From: Antechinus flavipes
Taxonomy: Eukaryota
Reading direction: 5' to 3'
NCBI RefSeq assembly: GCF_016432865.1
Contig: NC_067399.1
Location: 224,502,001 to 224,566,000 of the forward strand
Length of the DNA: 64,000 nucleotides
In this document: piece after piece, positions 48,001 to 59,924 of the stretch
How the letters are laid out: each line of letters starts with the position of its first letter
Numbering within the stretch: position 1 is the first letter of the stretch
Made by a program: the position numbers and the translations under genes
The notes under the pieces: generated by a model
What the model saw: only the letters and a program-made list of their open reading frames with translations
Databases searched by the model: none
What the model was told of the DNA's origin: nothing

Positions 48001-51000
48001 AATCTAGAGAAATGCCCTAAGGGATAGAAAGGTCAAGTAAAGGTGTTCTACCTTCCTCCTTTGGGAACACAGCCACCATTGATGTCTTCTTGGAGTTTGG
48101 GAGAAGCCCAGGCAGCAAGAAAAAAGGCTTAACAAGTGCCAGATTATCCTGTGTGTATAGCATGATTGTGAGAATAGATTTCTTTATCAGCCTCCATTGC
48201 CTATCCCCCAAGCTCTGAGCATCGTTAAACAACCTTTGAAACATTGACTAGTGAGTCTTTGAGACAGGTCTGGGACCTGACATCTCTGCCAGGTATTCCT
48301 TCTGGCTCCCCTTTGAGCCTTCCCTCTGAGCTCCCTGACGTTGCCCCTTGTTGTGACGTCTTGATTGAGGGCTCATGGTGGATGAGCCCTTTGATCTCCC
48401 CTAAGGCTCATAGAGTGTGAAAAGAGCTCCAGTGTATTATGCAGCACAGCCTTGTTGATATACATTTTTGCAAGCGTGATCCATGCGTGAACAGTGGGCA
48501 ATCCCCAATCACCATTCAGAGAAGGCTCCATCTGCCATACATGTGAGAGGCCCTGTCCAGGTATCCCTGCTTATGAGCAACTACTCTGTGACCCTCAGGC
48601 CGAAAGCTTTCCCACTTCTGCAACAGGCCAGAAAACTTACTGTCCCCCAAAGGTCAAGGTGGTCTCAGTACTCCCCCTCGGCAGGGTCCCATACTCTAGC
48701 ACCCCTCCTCCCCTAAGAAATCCCCAGGTTATACTTCCCTAATAAAAAAATCTGATGATGAAGGTCTTTGCTAAATCTGGCTTAAGCCCACTATGAGATT
48801 CTCTTTCTTTCTCTCTTTCTCTCTCTCTCATAGTGCCTTCCCTTTAATGGCATCTTTCTCCTTACTATTTAAAAAAAAATCTCCTTACTATATCGCTAAT
48901 TTTGCTAAACTCCTCTGTGCATTTAACCTGCCAGTTAATGGCCTTATGGCCATTCCTTATGGCATATTCCTTTAATAGATTCTTCCAAACTCTTTTCCTT
49001 GATAATGATATTCCCTTTGCTCTTTCAACTCTATTTCATATTTCCCAGTCCTGGTGCCTAGTTTACCTCTTATTTTATCTGCAATCTTTTCTCCTAAATA
49101 AACCTACTTTTTGGCAAAAAGAATGGCCATTGTGAATTTGCCATATGTTTATTTCGAACTAGGAATTGCTACCTTGACCTCATCACCATCACCAACATCA
49201 GACCCAGCATGAGAATTAGGTTTAGTATTATTATGTCTTGTGGTACAAAGGTCCTTCTCCTCACAGTGCCTGATTCAGAACAGAATTACAACAATGCTTG
49301 GCATTTAAAGCCCTCTGTAATCTTTCATCCTTCAAAAGGTATAGGAACCAACCAAAAAAAATTCAGTCTAGGCGTGCTTCTCACCAAGAGGGTGAGATAT
49401 TTCCAAGAAACTTGAAAGGAAGTACTCAGTACTGTAAAGTAATGGATAATGGGATTGTTGTGAAATTGTTCATCTGAACAAAGAAATTAAATACCTATTA
49501 AAAAATACCTACAAGACTAGAGTGTTTGTGGCCCTAACTTTTGAGTTAGAAAGAAGCCCAGCCAGCTATGATCAGGCTTAACCAAATCCTTGACTATCCT
49601 ATTTGTAATACAATGATTGTGAGGATGGAATTCTCTTATCAATCTCCATTGAATTTGTTTTACTCTTGGGTCACAGAGAGATGTGGAGGAGCTCAGAATA
49701 TTAATGGGATAAGGACAAAATATGAGCCAATTTATGGTAAGTTTGTGAAATATTATATATTAGTGATTTTACACTTAAAACCCTCAACCACAACATGAGG
49801 AATGTGAGTCAAGATGAGGGTAGGTGCTTTTGTATATATAAGTAAATTTCTTATACTCTCTATAATTACAATATCAATACTTTTCACATGGAAGGTACTA
49901 ATCCACTGTCTCTCCATGCTGGCTTCTATGCTACTTTTAGCTATGCTGAAGAGAAGACAGACCAAGAAGGGATACTGCAGGGGGAATAGGATCATTATAT
50001 TTACCAACGAGAGAATGAAGAATCTTTTATTTTTCCCATTTAGAAGGCACCGAGGGAGAGAAAAGCTTCAGGATTTGTGCAGGTCCAAGGAATGACCACA
50101 AACAGGATTTCATCACTTATATTCCTGTGGTGGCACAATTTTCAAAATGGATGAACTTTTTTTTACAGCAACCACACCAGACACGTCCGGAGCATCTGCA
50201 TGCAAACATGCAGGATGGTGTGGGAGAGTCACTCTGACTCGGAGATCCGGACTCCCATTCCTGGCTATTTGGAAGTCAGGCCAGCAGTGGCTAAGCTGCT
50301 GGTGAGGATGGGCTTGCCTGGACACCAGAAAGGACCTTGGAATGCTGCAAGAGGAAACAACCATGATGGCTCTGGAGCTTGGAACCTTCAGTGACCACCA
50401 GACATTAGCGGTCACCTGGAGACAGACTGGGGAGCAGTTGTGGGTATTACATAAGTTAGATTAGGACACACTTATCATGTAGAAGGACCACTATTTCTCT
50501 GCTCAACAAGAATTGTTTCCTTTTTGCTTCTTTATCTTCCATGACTAACACAGTGTCTATGCACATAATAGGCATTTAATAAATGCTTGTTGAACTGAAT
50601 CGAATATGGATAGGGACTAAAAATGTATTTATGCATCAAGAAAAGAATAAATAGTTGGGGAGAGATGAGAGGGAGGGAATTTGTACCATCCATACTAGCT
50701 CTCTGGAGGGTCTCAGTACCGGTCCTTGTTCTTAGAAGAGGAGTGAAGAGGCAGGGACTCATGTGGATAGTCAAATATAGAGTCTGTTTATTTCAAGTTC
50801 TCTCTGCCTTAAATACTCTAGTACAATTATATCACCACAGCACACTGAGCATGTGCTAACTATAATAACCCATCTATTATTATGCAGATGCCTCTTTACT
50901 GCCAGTATCTCTGCTTCAACTGTCCCCTGACTTCTCAGGAAGGCTGAGACGCCCCAAGGGGAGATGGGGGAGCCGAACCAGACATTGTCAGCAGGTTCCC

Positions 51001-51434
51001 TCTGGGCTGAAGAGTCTTATACCTCACCCAGAGCTCCCCCCACTGACTGTGACCCTCTACAGGAATTATTGACGGAACAAGTTCCCCAAAAAAAGGGGAA
51101 TGAAAGGAATCCAAGGAATAAGTAGAGGGGATGTTCTTGCCAAGAAGAGTCCCTTTGTACAAGCTAGCGAGAGCCGGGAGATCCCAAGTATGTACAGTGC
51201 TACCCTTAAGACTCTAGGGTAAATGACCGTCTCCTGGAGAACGTGTGAGGATAGGCCTTCACCCTGACACGTGTCCTGGCAGGAGCATCTTCCATGACAT
51301 GCTAAGCCTGGGCCCTGGCCCAGGGAGACACATGCTTTGCTTCTTGATAAAGGGGACATGCCCTTTTAATCAAAGAGAACTAGCCATGGAGCAACATATT
51401 TGGCTAGTAGACAATAAAAGGAGAGACAGCTTCT

Positions 51435-52175
51435 TTTTTTTATAATTATAACTTTATTGACAGAACCCATGCCCAGGTAATTTTTTACAACATTATCCCT
51501 TGCATTCACTTCTGTCCCTGCAGATTGTCCTTTGCTTCTGCCTCTGCTTTCTTCAGCCTTCAATCCAGCTCAACTCTTCATGTAATTCCACTGAAAATAT
51601 GTCCGAGAGCCTCTGTCTGTTTCTTTTATACGAGAGAGAGGAATTGTGGGATACAAGAGAGAAGGATTATGGGTTTTCTCCCACAGTGCTCTCTGGCCCC
51701 AAGAGCTTCAAGGGAGGTATGAATTCACAAAGTTACACAGTTAACTTTGTGAATCTCCCATACTTGTGAACTCCAATGAGTAAAGGTGTGAACACAAGCA
51801 TTGTATCAATTAGTTCTACTTAGTACCTTGTTTCAGGTTCTGGCCCAAAACATCTTCTTGTAAGATCAGATCAATAATCTATCAACTCTAATGAGTTAGC
51901 AGTTTGTAAAGATTCCAACATGTTCTGATTTTTCCCCTTCCTCCCTCCCTCCCCTCCCCCAGATGCCAAGCAGTTAAATAGGTATATCCTAGATAGTTTT
52001 TGTGTACAGAACCGAACAGTTCTCTTGTTGCACAGGGAGAATTGGATTCAGAAAGTAAAAATAACCCGGGAAGAAAAACAAAAATGCAAACAGTTTACAT
52101 TCGTTTCCCAGTGTTCTTTCTTTGGGTGTAGCTGCTTCTGTCTATCATTGATCAGTTGGAACCGAGTTAGATCTT
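51435..52175 (-). mobile_element. Young L1 3' fragment interrupted by an LTR
   Basis: T-tail at 51435; near-identical to L1 ends at 55083-55530 and 56237-56700; TSD gagagacagcttct at 51421-51434 and 52176-52189. Confidence 0.9.
51517..51920 (-). mobile_element. 3'-truncated ERV LTR nested in an L1 3' UTR
   Basis: Minus strand starts TGTTGGAATC and contains tgttttgggccagaacctgaaacaaggtactaag (related to the 23823 element) and TATAAAA; splits the L1 sequence cacttctgt|tccgattttt. Confidence 0.75.
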
Positions 52176-52489
52176 GAGAGACAGCTTCTGAAACCACGTG
52201 TCCTGCTTTTCCTTGGAGCTATGGGGGAGCAGAAAAATCAAATACCATGAGGCGAGCCTGCGATGGGCCCTCAGGCCCTTGGGACCTCTTCTGTTTTATG
52301 TCTAGAACGTCTGGGACCCAGTAGCTGCTGCGTTTCACCTTTGGTCTCAAGGGGACCGCGTGGTTCTCAGGCCCTGAGGGTGGAGTCTTGACCTGTCCAC
52401 GAGCAGTGAGCCACGGTGCCAGGCTGACCAGAGGGCTGCATTCAGTTACTACCCAGAGCGAGCAGGTCTGAGGGGAAGAGGAAGTCCCT

Positions 52490-52870
52490 TATCCTTGTTT
52501 ATCTTAGTTCTTTCGTGTGTAAAATGAGCTGGAAAAGGACCTGGCCAACCTCCCTCTTGTCTTTTCCGAGAAAACCCCAATGGGGTCACAAAAAGTCAGA
52601 CAAATGAACCCCAAAAGGCTGACACTTAAAACAGCGGTGTTCGTGATTTAATGAAGCAATAACAATAATACTAAATTTAACATTTATATAGTGCTACCAT
52701 GTGCTAGGCGCTGTGCTAAATGCTTCACCAGTGTTATGTCGTTGGGTCCTTACAACAATCCTGCCACTGTGTTACGTGTGTGGACACCCAGGCAAGCAGA
52801 AATAAGGTGAGGTGCTCAGGGCAACAGAGCCAGTGGGAGTCTGAGGTGAATGGGAACCCAGGGCCTCAGC
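52490..52870. mobile_element. Mar1-type tail (plus) followed by MIR (minus)
   Basis: gtgtaaaatgagctggaaaagga...gagaaaaccccaatggggtcacaaaaagtcagac; then tttatatagtgctaccatgtgctaggcgctgtgctaaatgcttcac. Confidence 0.65.
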
Positions 52871-53848
52871 TCTGCCCCGGGCCCCCTTGCTGTCTCAAGC
52901 AGCAGCCTTAAGCAGACTGTAACAAGCGGTGGATTCGTGTTTTGTGTTCGGGGGAGGACCAAGACATAAGCCAAACCTAAGCTTTATTTAAGAAATAGTT
53001 CTACTCCAGGTTGAAGTGATGAAAATAATGAAATAATTAAAAAGAGACAAAAATAGTAGATAACTTGGGTTCTCTTTTTAGAATTCATGTTCCTTTAAGA
53101 CTGAACACAGTTTAGTAAATTAGCCTGGGCTGCTTAGTAATAGAGGGCATGACCTTGGGTCCTATAAAGAGCTAGACTTAGGAAGGATTGTAAAGGAACA
53201 CCTAGTTCTGAAATCTCTCCCTTATTGTAGAGAGCCCTCCCACATAAGATATACAGAGAAAGACACGATTAAATATTCACAGTATTGCTGTGAGTAAGTG
53301 AGTAAGTAAGTTATTAAATCCCTTTTATAGATGAAGAAATTGAAGCAGATAGGAATTAAATGACTTGCCCGGGTCATACGGCCATTAAATATCTGTTAAT
53401 TTGAACTCTGGTCTTCCCAATTCCAAGTCCAACATTCTATTCAGTGTGCTACCTAATTTATGAGAGACTGGAGGGAAACTCAGCCATAAAGGGGAATAAA
53501 AAAAAGAACATTTAGACTCATCCACAGAAAAATATACAGATCCAAAGGAGAATAGGAAAAAGGCAAAAGTGAGAAGACCTTAACTTCTAAGGTCTCTTGC
53601 CTATTGTCAAAGAGGTGGTGGATAACAACAGGGGAATGAAAAGTTAAGTTTCCAGCCAAACCAATATATTGATTTATGGTACTTTGCTGGACTACATTCA
53701 TCTATTACAAGATTTTTAATGGAAGAGGATAGTTATTGGGAAGTTATAGTGATGTTAAAAAAACAAAAAAAAAAGCTGAAAGAACAGCAAAGAAAGGAAG
53801 ATAAAAGAACAGAAAAAGAAATTTTAAAATGTATAAGTCTGTAGTACT

Positions 53849-53935
53849 ATTGAGGCTGGGGACTCCAAAAGGTTGGGGGTCGCAGATCAGTGTCACAAGG
53901 TGTCTCAAAAGAATTTGCAGGCTTATCAAATGTGA
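53849..53935 (-). mobile_element. LTR 3'-end fragment (same family as 59319-59913 and 62695-63233)
   Basis: Aligns by eye (~80%) to ttgaggttgg...ccaaaaggttgagggt...gtctcaaaagaatttgcaggctta. Confidence 0.7.
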
Positions 53936-54099
53936 TAGTGAGCAACCTTGTTTCACCCCTGATCTAGGTGAATGGTTCCAGTTTATCTTCATTATATATG
54001 ATGCTTGCTGATTTGGAACTATGCCCAAAGGGCCATCAAACTGTCTATATCCTTTGATTCAGCAGTGATACTGCTAGGCCTCTATCCCAAAGAGATCTT

Positions 54100-55530
54100 T
54101 TTTTTTTTTTTTTAAAATTTTGAGATCACTTTCATATCTGAGATTCCATGATTTCATTTAAATTATTCAGGCAGATTTGTGAAGGGTGGATTGGAGGAAG
54201 GGGAAGCTGACTATAAATGGGAATCCATATTAGGAGGCTATTGCAATCATCCAGGTGAAAGGTTACAAGAGTCAGCACTAACGTGGTAGAAAAAAAAGAT
54301 ATGACTGAGTCCTTGAGACCTTGTCCCATTTAAGTTATCCCTGACATGTGGATAGAACATTCTTATAGATTTTGCACAGAAGTGATAGTGTCCATATGGG
54401 TCAATCCAAGAGAAATGACATGATATCAAAAGAAAAAAAAAATCTATGTTGGTTTTACCTGGTATTATTGTACTTCATTTTTGATTACTTGATTCTTCTA
54501 CTGCTGCTCCACAATCTCATCTCTCCTTTTTTCCATCTTTGTTAACCTATATCTGGAATATGTCTCCCCTTTGCATCCCTAGCCATTATTTTTAAATCCA
54601 AGTTGCAATTATTAAAATCCCAATTGAAATATTCATAGCAGTTCTTTTTGTAGCAAAAAAGTGTAAACTAAGTAGAAACCCAATAGTTGGAGAATGGTTA
54701 AACAAACTGTGGTATGTGAATATATATATATGAACTGTGAATATAAAGAATTTTGAAAAGTATGAGAAAGGTCTTTTACAAATGGATACAAAGAAAAGCA
54801 AGAAGAAAGAGAAAATCAATATACACCATGGGTATAATATAAATGAAAAAATAAACAACAATAAGAAACAATGCTATGGAATTATAACCAAATAGTCCTA
54901 AAGAAAAAATGAGAAAATATACTACTCTACCTTCTTTGCAGAGATAGACAAGGAGGGAGGGGATGTGAACCATCACATATATTATCAAAAGTGGTTTATG
55001 ATTTAGTTTTGTTAACCCTTCCCTACCTCCCTTCTTTTTAAAATACTCCTTATTGATATCTTTTGTTTTTAAATCATCTAGATTTTTTTTAAATAACTTT
55101 TTATTGACAGAACCCATGCCAGGGTAATTTTTTACAGCATTATCCCTTGCACTCACTTCTGTTCCGATTTTTCCCCTCCCTCCTTCCATTCCCTCCCTCA
55201 GATGGCAAGCAGTCCTTTACATGTTGAATAGGTTACAGTATATCCTAGATACAATATATGTGTACAGAACCGAACAGTTTTCTTGTTGCACAGGGAGAAT
55301 TGTATTCAGAAGGTAGAAATAATCCGGGAAGAAAAACAAAAATGCAAACAGTTTACATTCATTTCCCCATGTTCTTTCTTTGGGTGTAGCTGCTTCTGTC
55401 CATCCTTGATCAATTGAAACTGAATTAGCTCTCTTTATCGAAGAGATCCACTTCCATCAGAATACATCCTCAAACAGTATCAATGTTGAGGTATATAATG
55501 ATCTCCTAGTTCTGCTCATTTCACTTAGCA
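54100..55530 (-). mobile_element. Truncated L1 (55083-55530) plus ~970 bp of 3'-transduced sequence and poly(A)
   Basis: 17-bp TSD tatcccaaagagatctt at 54083-54099 and 55531-55547; T run at ~54098-54113. Confidence 0.85.
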
Positions 55531-56236
55531 TATCCCAAAGAGATCTTAAAGGAGGGAAAGGGACCTGTATGTGCAAGAATGTTTGTGGCAGATCTCTTTG
55601 ATCTGATTTCCAGAAACTGGAAACTGAGTGAATGCCCATCAATTGGAGAAAGGTTGGGTAAATTGTGATATATGAATATTATGGAATATTGTTGTTCTGT
55701 AAGAAATGACCATCAGGATGAATACAGAGAGGCTTGGAGAGATTTACAGGAACTGATGCTAAATGAAGTGAGTAGAACCAAGAGAACAATGTACATAGTA
55801 ATAAGATTATGTGATGAGCAACTGTGATGGACATGGCTCTCTTCAACAATGAGATGCTTCAAACCAATTCCAGTTGTTCAGTGATGAAGAGAGCCATCTA
55901 CACCCAGAGAGAGGACTGTGGGAACTGATTGTGGTTCACAATATAGCATTTCTACTCTTTCTGTTATTGTTTGCTTGCATTTTGTTTTCCTTCTCAGATT
56001 TTTTTTTCTTTCTAGATCCAATTTTTCTTGTGCAGCAAGATAGTGTATAAATATGTTTTTTTTTTGTGTGTATATATATATACACATATATATATGCATA
56101 TATATATATATGATTTAACATATTTAACATGTATTGGACTACCTGCCATCCTGGGAAGGGAATAAGGAGGGAAAAATTTGGAACAGCAAGGATCTGTTTG
56201 GAATCTTTGGACTTGGAAATTTGGAATTTGAAATTT

Positions 56237-58417
56237 TTTTAAAATAAGTTTTTATTGATAGAACCCATGCCAGGGTAATTTTTACAGCATTATCCCTTGC
56301 ACTCACTTCTGTTCCGATTTTTCCCCTCCCTCCCTCCACCCTCTCCCCCAGATGGCAAGTAGTCCTTCACATGTTGAATAGGTTACAGTATATCCTAGAT
56401 ACAATATATGTGTGCAGAACTGAACAGTTTTCTTGTTGCACAGGGAGAATTGTATTCAGAAAGTATAAATAACCCGGGAAGAAAAACAGAAATGAAAGCA
56501 GTTTATAGTCATTTCCCAGTGTTCTTTCTTTGGGTGTAGCTGCTTCTGTCCATTCTTGATCAATTGAAACTGAATTAGCTCTCTTTATCGAAGAGATCCA
56601 CTTCCATCAGAATATATCCTCAAACAGTATCGTTGTTGAGATATATAATGATCTCCTGGTTCTGCTCATTTCACTTGGCATCTGTTCATGTAAGTCTCGC
56701 CAGTCCTCTCTGTATTCATCCTACTGGTCATTTCTTACAGAACAATAATATTCCATAACATTCATATACCACAATTTACCCAACCATTCTCCAACTGATA
56801 GACATCCATTCATTTTCCAGTTTCTAGCCACTACAAACAGGGCTGCCACAAACATTTTGGCACATACAGGTCCCTTTCCCTTCCTTAGTATCTCTTTGAG
56901 ATATAAGCCCAGTAGTAGCACTGCTGGATCAAAGGGTATGCACAGTTTGATAACTTTTTGAGCATAGTTCCAAATTGCTCTCCAGAATGGCTGGATGTAT
57001 TCACAACTCCGCCAACAATGTATCAGTGTCCCTGTTTTCCCACATCCCTTCCAACATTCCACATTATCTTTCCCTATCACTCTAGCCAATCTGACAGGTG
57101 TGTAGTGGTATCTCAGAGTTGTCTTAATTTGCATTTCTCTGATTAATAATGATTTGGAGCATATTTTCATATGTCTATAAATAGTTTCAATTTCTTCGTC
57201 TGAGAATTGTCTGTTCATATCCTTTGACCATTTATCAATTGGAGAATGGTTTGATTTCTTATAAATTAGAGTCAATTCTATATATATTTTGGAAATGAGG
57301 CCTTTATCAGAACCTTTGATTGTAAAAATGTTTTCCCAGTTTATTGTTTCCCTTCTAACCCTGTCTGCATTTGTTTTGTTTGTACAAAAACTTTTCAATT
57401 TGATATAATCAAAATTTTCTATTTTGTGGTCAATAGTAATCTCTAGTTCTTCTTTGGTCATAAATTCCTCCCTCTTTCATAGGTCTGAGAGGTAAACTAT
57501 CCTATGCTCTTCCAATTTATTTATAATCTCATTCTTTATGCCTAGGGTCATGGACCCATTTTGACCTTATCTTGACATACGGTGTTAAGTGTGGGTCAAT
57601 GCCTAGTTTCTGCCATACTAATTTCCAATTTTCCCAGCAATTTTTGTCAAATAATGCGTTCTTATCCCAAAAACTGGGGTCTTTGGGTTTGTCAAACACT
57701 ATATTATTAAAGTTATTGGCTGTTTTGTCTTTTGAACCTAACCTATTCCATTGATCAACTAGTCTATTTCTTAGCCAATACCAGATAGTTTTAGTAACTG
57801 CTGCTTTATAATATAATTTTAGATCTGGTACAGCTAGGCCACTTTCATTTGATTTTTTTTTTTCATTAATTCACTTGAAATTCTTGACCTTTTGTTTTTC
57901 CATATGAACTTTGTTGTTATTTTTTCTAGTTCATCAAAGTAGTTTTTTGGGAATCTGATTGGTATAGCGCTAAATAAATAGATTAATTTAAGTAGTATTG
58001 TCATCTTTATTATATTTGCTCGCCCCATCCAAGAGCATTTAATATTTTTCCAATTGGTTAAATCAGACTTAATTTGTGTGGAAAGTGTTTTGTAGTTTTG
58101 CTCATAAAGTTTCTGATTTTCCCTTGGCAGATAGATTCCTAAATATACAATCAGTAGTTACTTTAAATGGAATTTCTTTTTGTAACTCTGTTGGGTTTTG
58201 TCAGTAATATATAAGAATGCTGATGACTTATGTGGGTTTATTTTGTATCCTGAAACTTTACTGAAGGTGTGGATTGTTTCTAATAACTTTTTAGTAGATT
58301 CTCTGGGGTTCTTTAAGTATACCATCATATCATCAGCAAAGAGTGATAATTTGGTTTCCTCATTGCCTATTCTTATTCCTTTAATCTCTTTCTCAACTCT
58401 TATTGCCAAAGCTAGCA
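56237..58417 (-). mobile_element. 5'-truncated LINE-1 (~2.2 kb): ORF2 C-terminal part and 3' UTR, non-functional
   Basis: ORF 56721-57461 is the L1 ORF2 C-terminus (HMKICSKSLLIREMQIKTTLRYHYTPVR, CWKGCGKTGTLIHCW zinc knuckle); upstream part frameshifted; TSD ttggaatttgaaattt at 56221-56236 and 58418-58433. Confidence 0.95.
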
Positions 58418-58519
58418 TTGGAATTTGAAATTTGGAAAGCAAGGATCAATGTTGAAAAATTACCTTTGCATATATTTTGTAAACAAAAAGCTTTAATTAA
58501 TTAAAAAAATCTGCGGGCT

Positions 58520-58774
58520 TGAATCCATATCAAGTCAAGGGGTGAAGTTTATTGTTATTGTAAGATAGGAGCCAAGGAAGGATTAGCAAAAAGCTGCTAG
58601 TTACCTAGTTTGTTTTTTGTTTTTCTCTCAGAATGGAGTAAATTTCTGGAATTATTCCCAATGTTTCAGGAATTTTTCTTGCCATCTTAAAATGACTAAC
58701 TGCCAAACTTTTTAGTCATTGCTCTCAAAACTTTGAGAATTTGCTAAGATGCTATTTTAGTTTTAATTAGCTGA

Positions 58775-58809
<35 letters not shown>

Positions 58810-59913
58810 CCCCCAGCATGGTCAGAACTGAAGTCCACAGAAAAAAAGTTAGGCTTTTTAAGAAATATTTCCACATTCTTAGTATAGGATAGAAGTTTTT
58901 TCTTGTTGGTTGCACTTTAAATCTTTCTAGGTAACAAAATCTAGCTCACAGAAAGAACATCTGATACAGAGATGCAGACACAGACAAAAATGACATGAAA
59001 GAGGTCTGTCCCATCTTTGCCAAAAGCCATAAAATTTTTCCAAAAGCCATCCTATAGCACTTCATCTCTCCTGATATCCCAGAGAAAATGAAAAGGTGGC
59101 AAAGGTTCCCTAGGAACTTTGACAAAAATTGCAAGAATTTAGAAATCCCCAGTCAAAGAAAACTTGCTCAGCATGGAGCTCACAATGACCCAGACAAGTC
59201 TTCCAGTGGCTTGGATTGTCCCACCAATAGGATTGAGGGGGAAAAAATGGGAGGTTTACTTTGACAAAAAGGGAATCGAGCCAGGGGCGGCCAGACTCTC
59301 CCCATATGAGTCACTAAATGTTGAGGTTGGAAAGGGACCCCAAAAGGTTGAGGGTAGCAGACCACTGTTGCAAGGTGTCTCAAAAGAATTTGCAGGCTTA
59401 AACCCATCTCCAAGTCAGGGAGCAAAGTTTAATGTAATTATAAAGCCTGAAGTATGCTAAAGTCCAAAGAATTTAATAAAGCACCAGAAGCAAGGAGACA
59501 CATTTATCTAGTTCATGTTACTGATATGCTCATTTTATGGCCTAGAGGTAGAACTGAGGAGTGATCTCAGGAATTTGGTTATCACTGACCAGTGATAATC
59601 TAGGATCATCAAAGCCAGAAGACTTTAGAATCATTGAGGGACAAACTTGTCTGAACAATGGTATTCTAAGATTAGAGAATCTCAGGATCATTAATATATC
59701 TTCCTTAAAGTCTAAGGGAAGAAATATTATATTCCTAGGCCAGAAAACTTATAGTCATTGACAGAACAATAGCATTCTTGGATCAGAGGACCTCAGGATC
59801 ACAGACTCCTAAGCCAGAAGATTTAGAATCATTGACATTGTTAGAACAGAAGCCCCCTAAGGTCAGGGGACCTTAAAATTATTGCTGTCTCCCCTAGAAG
59901 TTTTATTCCATCA
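58520..59913 (-). mobile_element. ERV 5' LTR (59319-59913) with degenerate PBS (59299-59316) and leader/gag remnant
   Basis: LTR TGATGG...CTCAACA aligns at both ends with 62695-63233. Followed by TAGTGACTCATATGGGGA, which matches a tRNA-Arg-type PBS (TGGCGACCCAGATGGGAC, from memory) at 12/18; possible gag start MGQTSF near 59010. Confidence 0.65.
58777..58807. repeat. (TG)n microsatellite
   Basis: Direct reading. Confidence 0.95.
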
Positions 59914-59924
59914 TTATTAAAGCT

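Larger units (their letters stand above)
53995..58510 (+). mobile_element. Older L1 (ORF2 C-terminus and 3' UTR), split by later insertions at 54100-55530 and 56195-58437
   Basis: Degenerate ORF2 WNYAQRAIKL...LLGLYPKEI continues as YPKEILKEGKGPVCARMFV at 55531; 3' UTR resumes at ~58438; A tail at ~58503-58510. Confidence 0.8.

Noticed and set aside
54592-56339. Hydrophobic or repetitive ORFs such as MEGGRGKIGTEVSARDNAVK... (also at 51366-51563)
   Set aside because: Translations of the L1 3' UTR, repeated in each copy.
53849-59913. Treating the LTR pieces at 53849 and 59319 as the two ends of one provirus
   Set aside because: Outer flanks (gtac vs ttat) do not form a TSD, and the LTRs are only ~80% similar.
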